Notes: generated by a model from the letters alone, not told the origin. Positions 49,123 through 59,689 are shown, numbered from the stretch's first letter. The stretch is DNA of 64,000 nucleotides from Candidatus Bathyarchaeia archaeon (GCA_038883795.1 JAVZLK010000001.1:32001-96000); one strand, 5' to 3'. Translations and numbers: made by a program.

Positions 49123-50268
49123 TTGGGTGATAAATTGTCTAAAATCATTCCCCCAGTGAAACCATACTTTTTAAAAGAAGATATTGAACAAATAAAAGCT
49201 GACGTTGAAAAAATCCTCCAATCAGGGATGCTGACCCTTCACACGTACACAAAAGAATTCGAAAATCAATTCGCAAGAACATGCCACGTAAAACACGCAA
49301 TTGCTGTAAACTCGGGAACAAGCGCCTTAGAAATTGCTTTGCGCACCATGAAAGTAAAAGCTGAAGATGAAGTGTTAGTTCCAACAAACACTTTTTCAGC
49401 CACAGCGGCAGCCGTAATTTTTGCAGGAGCAAAACCAAAACTAACAGACATAAATCCCAAGACCCTTTGCATAGACGTAGAAAATGTTCAGAAGAATTTA
49501 ACACCAAAAACAAAAGGAGTTATTACCGTTCACATTGGCGGATTAATTTGTCCAGATATTGAAGAAATAAGGGAACTATGCCGGGAAAGAAAACTTTTCT
49601 TAATTGAGGATGCGGCACACGCTCAAGGTTCAAGCATCAACAAAAAACCAGCGGGTTCCCTAAGCGACGCCGGTTGCTTTAGCTTTTATCCGACAAAAGT
49701 TATGACTACAGGCGAAGGAGGCATGATAACCACGGACAACGATAAAATAGCAGAAAAAGCAAAAATCCTAAGAGACCAAGGTAAAGAAAACTTCAACAGC
49801 AGCATAATCATAGAACTTGGCTACAATTGGAGACTCCCGGAAATAAGTGCAGCAATAGGTTTAACCCAGCTAAAGCGGTTGCCAGAAATCATTAAAAAAC
49901 GTAACGAAATTGCAAAGTATTATGACAAAGAGTTGAGCAGAATTAACGGAATAAGGCCACTGAAAACCCCATCCAATATTCTTAACAACTACTACAAATA
50001 CATAGCCTTACTGGACAATGACATAGACAGAGAAAAATTAAAGGAAAAACTTAAAGCTAAAGGCGTAAGATGCAGTGGCGAAGTTTATTGGCCACCATTG
50101 CACCTTCAACCAGTTTATAAACAATTGTTAGGAACCGAGGAGGGCGATTTTCCAAACGCGGAGGATGTATGCAAGAGAATGATATGCTTACCCTTGTATG
50201 CTCAAATGGCGGTGGAAGAAGCACAGTTTGTGGTGGAAAAGTTAAGAGAGACATTATCAGAAATGTAA
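49123..50268 (+). CDS. DegT/DnrJ/EryC1/StrS NDP-sugar aminotransferase
   Basis: NSGTSAL, EDAAHA, SFYPTKVMTTGEGG, GYNWR. Confidence 0.93.
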   Translation: MGDKLSKIIPPVKPYFLKEDIEQIKADVEKILQSGMLTLHTYTKEFENQFARTCHVKHAIAVNSGTSALEIALRTMKVKAEDEVLVPTNTFSATAAAVIFAGAKPKLTDINPKTLCIDVENVQKNLTPKTKGVITVHIGGLICPDIEEIRELCRERKLFLIEDAAHAQGSSINKKPAGSLSDAGCFSFYPTKVMTTGEGGMITTDNDKIAEKAKILRDQGKENFNSSIIIELGYNWRLPEISAAIGLTQLKRLPEIIKKRNEIAKYYDKELSRINGIRPLKTPSNILNNYYKYIALLDNDIDREKLKEKLKAKGVRCSGEVYWPPLHLQPVYKQLLGTEEGDFPNAEDVCKRMICLPLYAQMAVEEAQFVVEKLRETLSEM

Positions 50269-50282
50269 ACGAGTGGGTGATT

Positions 50283-51173
50283 ATGAATATACTTGTAACT
50301 GGTGGTTCAGGCTTTATAGGAAGCCATGTTGTTGACAAACTTGTTGAAGAAGGACATAATGTTCGAGTTTTTGACGAAAATAAACCATTAAGAGACGTTG
50401 AATGGCTTAAAGGAAACTTACTAAATGAAAATGACATTTTAGAAGCATGTAAGGATATGGAAGTAGTTTATCATCTTGCAGCCATAGCAGATGTAAACGT
50501 GGCCCTATCCCACCCAGCTTTATGTTTGCAAGTAAACGAAATCGGAACTATGAATCTGTTAAATGCGGCCTCCTCAATGGAGGTTGAAAGGGTTATACTT
50601 GCTTCAACAACATGGGTTTACGGAAAAACAGAAGGTGTAGTAGATGAAAACACTCCTCTGCCACCACCGGATCACATTTACACAAAAACAAAAATTGGAC
50701 AAGAACACCTATTTATATCATGGCAAAAGCATACGGGGCTACCATACACTATTCTGCGATATGATATACCTTATGGACCACGCATGAGAGCAAACATGGC
50801 TATCGCCATCTTTGTTAGAAAAGCCATGCAAAAAGAACCAATCACGGTTTTTGGTGATGGAAGCCAAGGCAGATGCTTCATTCACGTAGATGATTTAGCG
50901 CGAGGAAATGTTGCAGCACTCCAACCTTCTGCTAGTAACCAAATTTTCAATCTTGCAGGCTCAGAATTTATCACCATAAATAAGATAGTGGAGGTGCTAC
51001 GCGAGAACTTTAAAAGTTTAAAAATTGAGCACGCACCCCCCAGACCGCATGATTTTAAAGGTGCCATTGTAAGCATCGAAAAAGCTCGAAAACTGCTAAA
51101 ATGGGAACCAAAGATATCATTCAGAAAGGGTCTGAAAGATTTTATTGAATATATGCAAGGTCAAAAGAGTTAA
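50283..51173 (+). CDS. NAD-dependent epimerase/dehydratase (extended SDR)
   Basis: TGGSGFIG, HLAA, YTKTK; ATG 50283 after a GGTGA SD. Confidence 0.9.
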   Translation: MNILVTGGSGFIGSHVVDKLVEEGHNVRVFDENKPLRDVEWLKGNLLNENDILEACKDMEVVYHLAAIADVNVALSHPALCLQVNEIGTMNLLNAASSMEVERVILASTTWVYGKTEGVVDENTPLPPPDHIYTKTKIGQEHLFISWQKHTGLPYTILRYDIPYGPRMRANMAIAIFVRKAMQKEPITVFGDGSQGRCFIHVDDLARGNVAALQPSASNQIFNLAGSEFITINKIVEVLRENFKSLKIEHAPPRPHDFKGAIVSIEKARKLLKWEPKISFRKGLKDFIEYMQGQKS

Positions 51174-52086
51174 TGAGTTCTTTTAACCCGTCTTGGATGG
51201 AAAATTCTGGTTTAAACCCCAATTCCTTCTCTGCCTTGCGAATGTCGGCGTAGCTTTCTCGGATGTCCCCCTTTCTTTCATCAACATGCTTTATTTTCAC
51301 ATGGGATTTATTAGCTTGTTTAATTATTTCGTGTGCGAGTTCGTTTATGGAAGTTTTGGTTCCTGTGCCTATGTTGAATGTTTTTCCTTCGCAATTTTTG
51401 CGTGTAAGTGCAAGAGTGCATGCGTTAACTGCATCTTTTACGTAGAGGAAATCTCGTGTTTGGTTTCCATCTCCATATATGATTATTGGCTTGTTTCTTT
51501 TAAGCGATTCAAGAAAGGTTGTTATTACTCCTCCGTAGGGTCCGCTTGGTTGTCTTAGACCGTAAACGTTAAAGAATCTTAAGCAAATAGTTTGTAAGCC
51601 ATATATTTTATTGAAAACTTTGCAGTATTCTTCGGCGGCAAGTTTTGAAGCCCCATATGGCGATAGAGGATTGGTGGGATGTTCCTCGTTTATTGGTAAG
51701 TATTTTGCTTCTCCATAAACAGCGCATGTGGACGCATAAACAAAACGCTTTACATCATTTTTTACGCATGCCTCAAGCAGGTTTATTGTTCCTTGAGTGT
51801 TTACTTCATTGACAAGCGTAGGATTTTCTATTGATAAGGGAATATTAACGATTGCGGCAAGATGGCATACAGCATCCACGTCCTCTAAAGCCTTTTTAAC
51901 ATCCTCAGGATTTCTGACATCACCTTTTATTAAGTCAAAATTTTTGTTGTTTAGATGCTTTCGTATGTTTCCGATTTTGCCAGAGGAGAAATTATCTAAG
52001 ACCACAATTTCATATCCTGATTTGAGAAGATAATCAACAAGGTGGCTTCCTATGAAACCTGCTCCGCCCGTTATTAAAACTTTCAA
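51142..52086 (-). CDS. UDP-glucose/UDP-GlcNAc 4-epimerase-like SDR
   Basis: TGGAGFIG, SPYGASK, RFFNVYG, GDGNQTRDF; TTG 52086 after GGAG. Confidence 0.9.
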   Translation of the reverse strand: MKVLITGGAGFIGSHLVDYLLKSGYEIVVLDNFSSGKIGNIRKHLNNKNFDLIKGDVRNPEDVKKALEDVDAVCHLAAIVNIPLSIENPTLVNEVNTQGTINLLEACVKNDVKRFVYASTCAVYGEAKYLPINEEHPTNPLSPYGASKLAAEEYCKVFNKIYGLQTICLRFFNVYGLRQPSGPYGGVITTFLESLKRNKPIIIYGDGNQTRDFLYVKDAVNACTLALTRKNCEGKTFNIGTGTKTSINELAHEIIKQANKSHVKIKHVDERKGDIRESYADIRKAEKELGFKPEFSIQDGLKELINSFDLAYIQ

Positions 52087-52196
52087 GTTTTGTATTTCTC
52101 CTGCGGTGTGAGTTATCGTCCTATTCAATAAGACTTCGTTTGTGTTTAAAGTTTTAGGATGCTAAGTTCGTAAATGATTTATAGTTATTTTTAGTT

Positions 52197-53348
52197 GTGA
52201 GACTCGTAAAAAGGGTGGAGTTGTTGGTTAGGCTTGCGTATGCACATGATGGCATAAGTAGTTATGATGAGCTTTTTTTGAAGGCGTTTAGGGAAGTGTA
52301 TGATGTTTATGTTCTCACTTTTCATCCTTCGCCAATTTGTGTCCCAGAAGGGGTTAAAATTGTTAGAATGAGGGATTTTATTCCAGAAACCAACGTCCAC
52401 CCTTTCGAGGGAGCGCGAAAACACCTTTTAACTCCGCTTAGGGCTTATGCCCTAAAGAAAGTTTTACAAAAAGTTAGGCCTAATGTGCTTGTTGGTTGTT
52501 GGGCGAGCACTTATGGGTTTTATTCTGCTTATTCCAACTTTCATCCCTTTATCCTGTTTGTTTGGGGTTCAGATGTTCTGGTTTTCCCCAGGAAGTATTT
52601 TCCGCTTAAGCCTTTCATTTTTTATTCTCTTCGGAAGGCTGATGTGGTTGTTGTTGATAGTGAAGTTCAACGGCAGGCTGCAATAGGTCTTGGATGTGAA
52701 CCAGCAAAAATTGTGAAGTTTCCATGGGTTAGCTTAAGTGGGTTTAGTCGTAATGAAGTCCAGCGGCAGAAAATCAGAAGAGAATGTGGCTGGAGTGATA
52801 AAGACATTGTTGTTATAAGCTTGAGGTATCACAGACCCATCTATGGTGTTGAATATTTAATAGATGCAATTCCACAAGTGTTAGCCAAAAATAAAAATGT
52901 GAAGTTTCTAATTTTGGGTGATGGACCGCTTACCAACACATTTAAAGCAAAAATGGCTGGTTTCATAAAAAGTGGATGTGTCCGGTTTGTGGGAGCCGTT
53001 CCACATAAGAGGATTGTAGATTATTTGAGTGCTGCAGACATATATGTTTCGACATCCTTTTCTGATGGAACATCCGCCAGCCTATTAGAGGCTATGGCTT
53101 GTTCCTTAGCGCCTGTGGTTACGGAAATATTTGGCAATAGGGAGTGGGTTGAAGACGAAGTGAATGGCTTACTTGTCCCAGTGGCAAATTCTGAAAAGCT
53201 TGCAGAAAAAATCCTCCTATTAGCCAATGATTATAAACTTCGTAAGGCTTTAGAGGAAAAGGCCATGGAAACTGTGAAAAAGCGCGTGAATTGGCAAAAA
53301 AACATACAACAACTAACAGAGATAATAGACAAAATGGTATCTGCTTAA
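52197..53348 (+). CDS. GT4 glycosyltransferase
   Basis: WGSDV, SDGTSASLLEAMA. Confidence 0.9.
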   Translation: MRLVKRVELLVRLAYAHDGISSYDELFLKAFREVYDVYVLTFHPSPICVPEGVKIVRMRDFIPETNVHPFEGARKHLLTPLRAYALKKVLQKVRPNVLVGCWASTYGFYSAYSNFHPFILFVWGSDVLVFPRKYFPLKPFIFYSLRKADVVVVDSEVQRQAAIGLGCEPAKIVKFPWVSLSGFSRNEVQRQKIRRECGWSDKDIVVISLRYHRPIYGVEYLIDAIPQVLAKNKNVKFLILGDGPLTNTFKAKMAGFIKSGCVRFVGAVPHKRIVDYLSAADIYVSTSFSDGTSASLLEAMACSLAPVVTEIFGNREWVEDEVNGLLVPVANSEKLAEKILLLANDYKLRKALEEKAMETVKKRVNWQKNIQQLTEIIDKMVSA

Positions 53349-53392
53349 ATATAAATTGCTGACGCAAAAATGACTATGTTAGAAATAATAGT

Positions 53393-54172
53393 TTGAAAGG
53401 GAGAAGAAAATTGGTAAGCGTACTCACACTATACATAACGAAGGATACGATTGATCAAAAATGTTATGATAGTGTTTTAAAGCAAAAAGGTGTGAGACAA
53501 GATGTGATTGTTGTTTCGGCAAAGAAAATAGAAGTTTCAAATAATTTTGTTGTGGAAGTTCCTCAAAGTTATCCTCTCCCAGTGAGAGTTGGACTTTCCA
53601 TTAATCGTGCTCTCAAAGTCTATTGGAATTGTGAAAAATATGATTATCTCTTTAAAGTTGATGGGGACGTTTTACTTCCGCAAGATTACCTTCTGAATTT
53701 GATGTCGAAAAATAAGCCAATAGTAGGTGCTGGATGTGCAATGTTGATTGAAGCGGAGTTCTTTAAAACCCAGTTTGGAAGTAAGTGGGCAGTAACTTAT
53801 GCAGATGACGAGTATATGAAAGCGTATGCCTTTGCAATGGGCTTCATAAATGAGTTGTGGGAAAAAGATGATTTGGGCATATCCTTTAAATATCGCCCCC
53901 CGCTCTCGAGGGCATACATATATGGTAAGGAATATTATAAGTACGGCGCCCCGATATGGTTTATGTGTCTACGTGTGATTGCATCGATAAGAAATCGCAT
54001 TAAGAAACTTGCAACTTGTATTCCAATTTCCCATAGCATTTACTCTTTTGGTGGTTATGTTTCAATGTTAGGAACAAAAAAATATGAGTGGCATGATGAC
54101 TATGCCAGAAGGTTGACAAAACTATATTTTCAGAAATTCATTTCAAAAATAAAGAGATATTTGCCTATTTAA
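53393..54172 (+). CDS. Divergent GT2/GT-A glycosyltransferase
   Basis: YDYLFKVDGDVLLP (DxD), GCAML, ADD; glycan cluster context. Confidence 0.65.
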   Translation: MKGRRKLVSVLTLYITKDTIDQKCYDSVLKQKGVRQDVIVVSAKKIEVSNNFVVEVPQSYPLPVRVGLSINRALKVYWNCEKYDYLFKVDGDVLLPQDYLLNLMSKNKPIVGAGCAMLIEAEFFKTQFGSKWAVTYADDEYMKAYAFAMGFINELWEKDDLGISFKYRPPLSRAYIYGKEYYKYGAPIWFMCLRVIASIRNRIKKLATCIPISHSIYSFGGYVSMLGTKKYEWHDDYARRLTKLYFQKFISKIKRYLPI

Positions 54173-54232
54173 TTGATTTTTATATATTCAAACAGTAAGT
54201 ACTTTAAGAGTTGTCGTAGGGAAAGAATCCAA

Positions 54233-55084
54233 ATGCAGAAAGCAAAAAAGTCTGGTGTTAATGTCTGCGCTGTCGTTGTAACTTTTAATAGAAAAGAAGT
54301 GCTGCAAAAATGTTTGAAGGCATTACAAAATCAGACAATTCCACCTGACGAAGTTATTGTAATCGATGGACCAAGCACCGATGGAACAACGCAACTTATG
54401 AAGGAAAAATTCCCAGAAGTTACCTACATAAGGTTAAATGAAGACGTTGGTGGAGCTGGAGGATTCTACGAAGGCATGAAGTTAGCTTACAAGAAAGGAT
54501 ACGATTGGATTTGGACCATGGACGACGACGCAATACCAGAGCGGGATGCATTAGAAAAATTATTGGCGGTTGTGAATGGCGACCAAAACTTGATAGCACG
54601 ACCTGCGGTTATCGATGCACATCATTTCGCTCCATGGTTTGCAGGTGGCATTTTTTCACGCGCAACAATCAAGCGAATAGGACTCCCATTAAAAGAATTG
54701 TTCATATATTTTGATGATGCTGAATACGTGATGAGAGCTCAAAAAGCTGGAATAAAAACAGTTGACGTTAAAAATGCAAAGATGAATCACAAAGATTGGT
54801 TGCTAAGAGGGTGTGTAAGCAAGAAAATTTTGCATAAAACTATAAAGAGACCAAAATATCCTAAAGGTAGAAAATACTATTATATTCAAAGAAACAACTT
54901 GTATGTGCATACAATCCATAGAGAATGGAAGGTGCTGTTTCGCTTACTTACGATTAATTTAGCTTCAAATTTAATAAAATACCTTTTACTTGGCGATAAA
55001 GAAAAAGCATTAGCTATCATCAAAGGAACAATCGATTATTTCCGACGTAAAACCGGAAAAAGTTTATGGGCGCACAAACAATAA
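54233..55084 (+). CDS. GT2 glycosyltransferase (rhamnosyl/galactofuranosyl transferase-like)
   Basis: VVVTFNR, STDGT, GGAGGF, MDDD, FIYFDDAEY. Confidence 0.88.
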   Translation: MQKAKKSGVNVCAVVVTFNRKEVLQKCLKALQNQTIPPDEVIVIDGPSTDGTTQLMKEKFPEVTYIRLNEDVGGAGGFYEGMKLAYKKGYDWIWTMDDDAIPERDALEKLLAVVNGDQNLIARPAVIDAHHFAPWFAGGIFSRATIKRIGLPLKELFIYFDDAEYVMRAQKAGIKTVDVKNAKMNHKDWLLRGCVSKKILHKTIKRPKYPKGRKYYYIQRNNLYVHTIHREWKVLFRLLTINLASNLIKYLLLGDKEKALAIIKGTIDYFRRKTGKSLWAHKQ

Positions 55085-55109
55085 TAGAGAGAGCAAAATG
55101 CCCTACTTG

Positions 55110-56426
55110 TTATGAACAGTTAAGAAACTTCTCCTTCACATAGTTTTTGGCTCTTTCTATACACCCGTCCATATTTAAATACTTAAATTCAGCGAATCTA
55201 CCCACAAGGTCGATACCTTCTTTCGCAACATAATTTTCAATCACCCGCATATTCTTGTTATAGTCTAAGTCGCTTATAACATAGGCAAATTCTGTTCTTC
55301 GCAATTCTTTAAAACAAACCTCCATCTTGTTTATAATCTTGAGTTGATGTAATTCATTTATCACACGTTTTATGATTTCTTCATCCGGCATTTTCCATGT
55401 TTTGCTTCCTATTGTACACGTTATCTCTGCTAATACTGAAGATTTTCGTGGAGGAGCAGCATATGGACTATAATTCGAGGGGAAGCTTAATCTATGAGGT
55501 AAAATGTGCTTGTCTGGGATGTAGAGCCAAGATAAGTCGTTTATTTTTTCTTTATTTATGCCCAACATAACCGTGATAAGCGAATTGTACTTCAATTGGC
55601 TAGCGGCTTCTCTCACTTCTGAGGAAGCGCCGATGGCGTTTACCAACTTTTGAATGGGAATTGTGGAAATAATTTTATCATAAGCTCTTTTTTCGATACC
55701 GTCTGAAACAAGCCATTTCCTATTCTTCTTTATTTTTTTAACTTCAAAGTTTACGATTATACGACCCTTAATTTTCTTCTCTAAAGATTTTATTAGCGTT
55801 TGAATTCCGCCAGTTTTAGGATAATAGAAATTCAATTGATGGGTGTAGCCTTCGGTTTTTATTCCTAAAGAGGATTTTATGATGTCTTCTATGGGGGGAT
55901 TGGGGACGCGTTCTACCCATTCTAAGCTTATTTTTTCGGTTGGGTATTTCCAAATTTTCTCGTTGTATGGGATAAGGTATTTTTCAGCTATTCCTTCGCC
56001 AAAGGTGTAATAAAACCATTCTTTAAGGTTTGAAGGTTTTTTCAGTTCGCCCTTTTCTTTTCTAATCAAATTTTGGATGAAAGAGTTTAGACATTCAAAG
56101 TTGTCTTTAAGTGGCAGGTCGGCTAAACCGTTCTCAAATGGGTATTTAACGTAATACTTTCCTTTGTATAACACCTTTGTGTTCCTTCTATTCCTTATTC
56201 TGTTTCTTCCCAACAATTTCAACATGAAATCCAAAATTTCCTTATTCTTCGAAAAGATTATGTGCGAACCACCATAGTCAAAAGTGAAACCATCCTTTTG
56301 CAAAGTTCTCATTAACCCGCCGCATTCCTCTTCTTTTTCTAGAATTTCAAAATCAACGTTTGCTTTGTCGAGCAAGTATCCAATTGTTAAACCAGTTAAA
56401 CCTCCGCCTAAGATAGCCACCTTCAT
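55110..56426 (-). CDS. FAD-dependent UDP-galactopyranose mutase-like/protoporphyrinogen-oxidase-fold protein
   Basis: GGGLTG, GFTFDYGGSH, YPFEN, PYNEKIW, GRFAEFKYLNMD. Confidence 0.75.
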   Translation of the reverse strand: MKVAILGGGLTGLTIGYLLDKANVDFEILEKEEECGGLMRTLQKDGFTFDYGGSHIIFSKNKEILDFMLKLLGRNRIRNRRNTKVLYKGKYYVKYPFENGLADLPLKDNFECLNSFIQNLIRKEKGELKKPSNLKEWFYYTFGEGIAEKYLIPYNEKIWKYPTEKISLEWVERVPNPPIEDIIKSSLGIKTEGYTHQLNFYYPKTGGIQTLIKSLEKKIKGRIIVNFEVKKIKKNRKWLVSDGIEKRAYDKIISTIPIQKLVNAIGASSEVREAASQLKYNSLITVMLGINKEKINDLSWLYIPDKHILPHRLSFPSNYSPYAAPPRKSSVLAEITCTIGSKTWKMPDEEIIKRVINELHQLKIINKMEVCFKELRRTEFAYVISDLDYNKNMRVIENYVAKEGIDLVGRFAEFKYLNMDGCIERAKNYVKEKFLNCS

Positions 56427-56536
56427 TCATGATTCCATTCCAAGTCTATAAATGAAATCTTATATAAGGCTAACATCAAAAGCACATCATATTTTTGAAT
56501 AAGCTTTTTATTATCTCTACATTCATACCCTAATCT

Positions 56537-57571
56537 ATGCATGGAAAAGTAAACAGATCCAGCATTCACTTTGGGCTTGTAATGCCACAAGAAGATCGGT
56601 TTGGGGAAGAAATATTGTCCGCTGCCCGCGAAGCTGAAAAACTTGGTTTTGATTCTGTATGGGTTTATGACCACTTGTTTATGTCGCATAAAAAGCCTTA
56701 TCTAGAGTGCTGGATGCTCCTGTCAGCTATTGCCGTTGAAACGCAACGAGTTAAAATGGGACCACTGGTCCTAAATAACCTTTTACGGAATCCGTCACTT
56801 GTTGCTAAAATGGGAGCTACATTAGACCAAATTTCTCATGGACGATTTGAATTAGGAATAGGCGCTGGATGGTATAGGGAAGAATGTGAAGCATATGGCG
56901 TGAGGTTTCCTTCTTTCACAGAAAGAGTGACAAGACTAGCAGAATCGGTTGAAATCATCATGAAATTATGGAAATCACGTGGTAGGGCAGTTTCTTATTC
57001 AGGTAGATACTATAAAATAAAGGATGCAAGATGCTTGCCTCCGCCGTATGCTAAACCCAACCCACCTATTTTCGTAGGTGGAAGAAGCAACGAGATCTTG
57101 CGGATTGTGGCAAAACATAAATTAGGGCTCAATGTTGACCAAGATTGGGGCGTAGGCTTTGCGGATATGCAAAGGATACTAACCACTCTAAACTATCTTT
57201 GTCGGTTGGAAGGCACAGATCCGAAAAAGATACGTAAATCGATGTGTGTGAGACTTATTGTCGGAAACGAAGAGAATGATATAAAGAAACAGCTAGCTGC
57301 ATGGAATAAAGAGATTAATTCCAGACAATCCTTTGTTAAAAGAATAGCGAAAAAATCTTTGCAGGCGACTCGTTCGCTTTTAAGTGGCAAAAATGTAAAA
57401 TTGGTTCCACCAACATCACAGATTATAGGCTCCCCCGAGGACTGCGTCTCTCAACTTTTAGAATACTACAAGTTAGGCATCACTAACTTTTACATAAAAC
57501 TTTACGACTTCACAGATATGGCGCTTTTGAAACTCGTAGCGGATAAAATAATCAAACCAATGAAAGGATAA
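56537..57571 (+). CDS. LLM-class (probably F420-dependent) oxidoreductase
   Basis: AEKLGFDSVWVYDH, RNP..AKM..TLD..S.GR.ELGIGAGW..E..AYG. Confidence 0.85.
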   Translation: MHGKVNRSSIHFGLVMPQEDRFGEEILSAAREAEKLGFDSVWVYDHLFMSHKKPYLECWMLLSAIAVETQRVKMGPLVLNNLLRNPSLVAKMGATLDQISHGRFELGIGAGWYREECEAYGVRFPSFTERVTRLAESVEIIMKLWKSRGRAVSYSGRYYKIKDARCLPPPYAKPNPPIFVGGRSNEILRIVAKHKLGLNVDQDWGVGFADMQRILTTLNYLCRLEGTDPKKIRKSMCVRLIVGNEENDIKKQLAAWNKEINSRQSFVKRIAKKSLQATRSLLSGKNVKLVPPTSQIIGSPEDCVSQLLEYYKLGITNFYIKLYDFTDMALLKLVADKIIKPMKG

Positions 57572-57574
57572 AAC

Positions 57575-58642
57575 ATGAAGGCATCTGTGGGTATTGTCGG
57601 TGCAGGATTTATTGCACAAATGCGACACCTTCCAGCTTATCAAAATGAGAAATTAATCAAACTTCAAGCAATATGCGATCCCGACTATCGAAGAGCACGA
57701 CAAATCGCTAAAATATATAATATTTCTAATGTTTATTCAAGTCTCGAAGATATGCTGTCTAAAGAATCTCTAGACATTATCGACATATGCTCAACAGCTT
57801 CAACGCATGCACCATTTGCAATTCAATCCTTAAAAAGAGGAGCCAATGTGATCGTTGAAAAACCAATGGCTATGGATCTTCCATCAGCAAAACAAGTTTA
57901 TGAGGCAGCAAAGCTAAGCAAAAAGAAATTCACGGTTGTACAGAATTACCGCTTTACAAAAGAATACAAGTCTCTAAAAGCAGCTGCGGTCACGGGAAAA
58001 CTTGGACATATCGACCTTCTGTACAGCTTTTTTGATACGGCAGGTATTGGCCTTACTGATCAATTTTTGCCCAACTATAAGTATGGCATACTATTTGAAA
58101 CCGGAATACATGATACTGATATTGCAAGGGATTTAATGGGCGAAGTGGTTAGTGTAAAGGCGATTTTGACGAGGAAATCTTTAGATGGACAAGCGCGCAG
58201 CTTAGTTTCCATTCTGCAACACAAGAATAAGGCTGTGTCGGTGTTAAGGTTATCATTCACCGCGGCAACATCAGCACATCGACTTGAGGTGAGCGGATCA
58301 AAAGTTCGGGCATTATTAGATTTCGAAATGAGATCCTTAGAGTTTGAAAGCAGTTTTAAAACCTCTTCAATTAAAGAACAAATACGCTTCGCGACACGTG
58401 AATTATCTAAAACCCTCAAGAAAATTAAGCAACATTATAGTAATATTTTTTGGTATGGCATGAGTGAATTCGGAGGGTTAGAGCCGTTTAGAGATATTAT
58501 CCATCAATTTGTGTTATCCGTTCTTGAAGATACCAAGCCCCCCATCACATTAGAAGAGTCATACACAAACATGAAAATATTGGAAGCGTGCCGAATTTCG
58601 TTAGAAACTGGACAAAGCCAACGAATGGCTGATTTAGCTTAG
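57575..58642 (+). CDS. Gfo/Idh/MocA oxidoreductase
   Basis: GAGFIA, EKP, NYRF, GIHDTD. Confidence 0.9.
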   Translation: MKASVGIVGAGFIAQMRHLPAYQNEKLIKLQAICDPDYRRARQIAKIYNISNVYSSLEDMLSKESLDIIDICSTASTHAPFAIQSLKRGANVIVEKPMAMDLPSAKQVYEAAKLSKKKFTVVQNYRFTKEYKSLKAAAVTGKLGHIDLLYSFFDTAGIGLTDQFLPNYKYGILFETGIHDTDIARDLMGEVVSVKAILTRKSLDGQARSLVSILQHKNKAVSVLRLSFTAATSAHRLEVSGSKVRALLDFEMRSLEFESSFKTSSIKEQIRFATRELSKTLKKIKQHYSNIFWYGMSEFGGLEPFRDIIHQFVLSVLEDTKPPITLEESYTNMKILEACRISLETGQSQRMADLA

Positions 58643-58790
58643 TAAAGAGAAGAAGAATAAAACTATTTGTATGAAGTTAATTCATTGTAGGGTTCTAATT
58701 TATACCCGACGTGGATTCTGAATTCATAACTTAAATAAGACAACGAAAGTTGAATCTCCTGTTAACCACCAAACAAACCATTCGCAGGAA

Positions 58791-59563
58791 ATGCAAATGT
58801 TTTCACGGTTAACCTTGAAAGCTCATCCGAGCCTAAAATCGAGTTTTGATCAAAGAATAAGATTCAATCTTATTTTGGCCCATGTTAAAAAGAATTATGG
58901 AAAAATTGTGCTGGATGTGGGGTGCGGACCCGGTATTTTAGGAAAAATGATAGAGAGAGAAGGGAGAAAAGTAATATATTTAAGTCCTAATGTAAGTGAT
59001 TTCGAATACATTAAAGTTGGAGTCTTTGTAGCAGGAGATGGCACTCAATTACCCTTTAAAGATAAAGCTTTTGACTTTGTTTTATCCTCCGATGTGTTGG
59101 AACATGTACCCAAATATAAAAGAGCAGCATTTATAAATGAAATGATGAGAACTGCAAAAAAGAAGGCAATATTCACTTTTTCGCAGGTTCATCCCAAAAA
59201 TCCTCTAAAATCTGGAATTAGAATTTTTGAACATTTTTAAAAATGTTCAAAATTCCATATCCAAGCTGGTATAAAGAACATGGAAAAGAGGCAATGCCCA
59301 GGTTAGAAAATGTAAAGATGTACTTACTAAAATGGAAAGACAAATTTCATTTATACCATTATCAAGGAGTATTGGCACTATTCTTTTTAGGGTCCATTCA
59401 TGCTTTAACATCATTTTTACTGAATAAGACAAGAAATAAAAGTTTATCCTATATCATTCGTTTAATCAGCAAGCTTCTTGACTATTTCTCTTATCTAACT
59501 TTGCGAATCGTAGATATTCCTCCATATTACAGTTTTAAAGTAGTTATAACCCTTTCAGATTAA
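58791..59563 (+). pseudogene. Class I SAM-dependent methyltransferase split by a frameshift at 59234-59243
   Basis: LDVGCGPG and DVLEHV in ORF 58791-59240; ORF 59243-59563 continues in the -1 frame across TTTTTAAAAA. Confidence 0.6.
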
Positions 59564-59689
59564 CATTCTTTAGAATAAGAATTTGAAGCGTATCCATTGC
59601 CACAAGTTTCACCTTTCATACCGTTAAGCCCAAACTTTTCACCATACAAGTGGAAAGTTATAATAAACGAGTTTTGCTTAGATTGGTTT

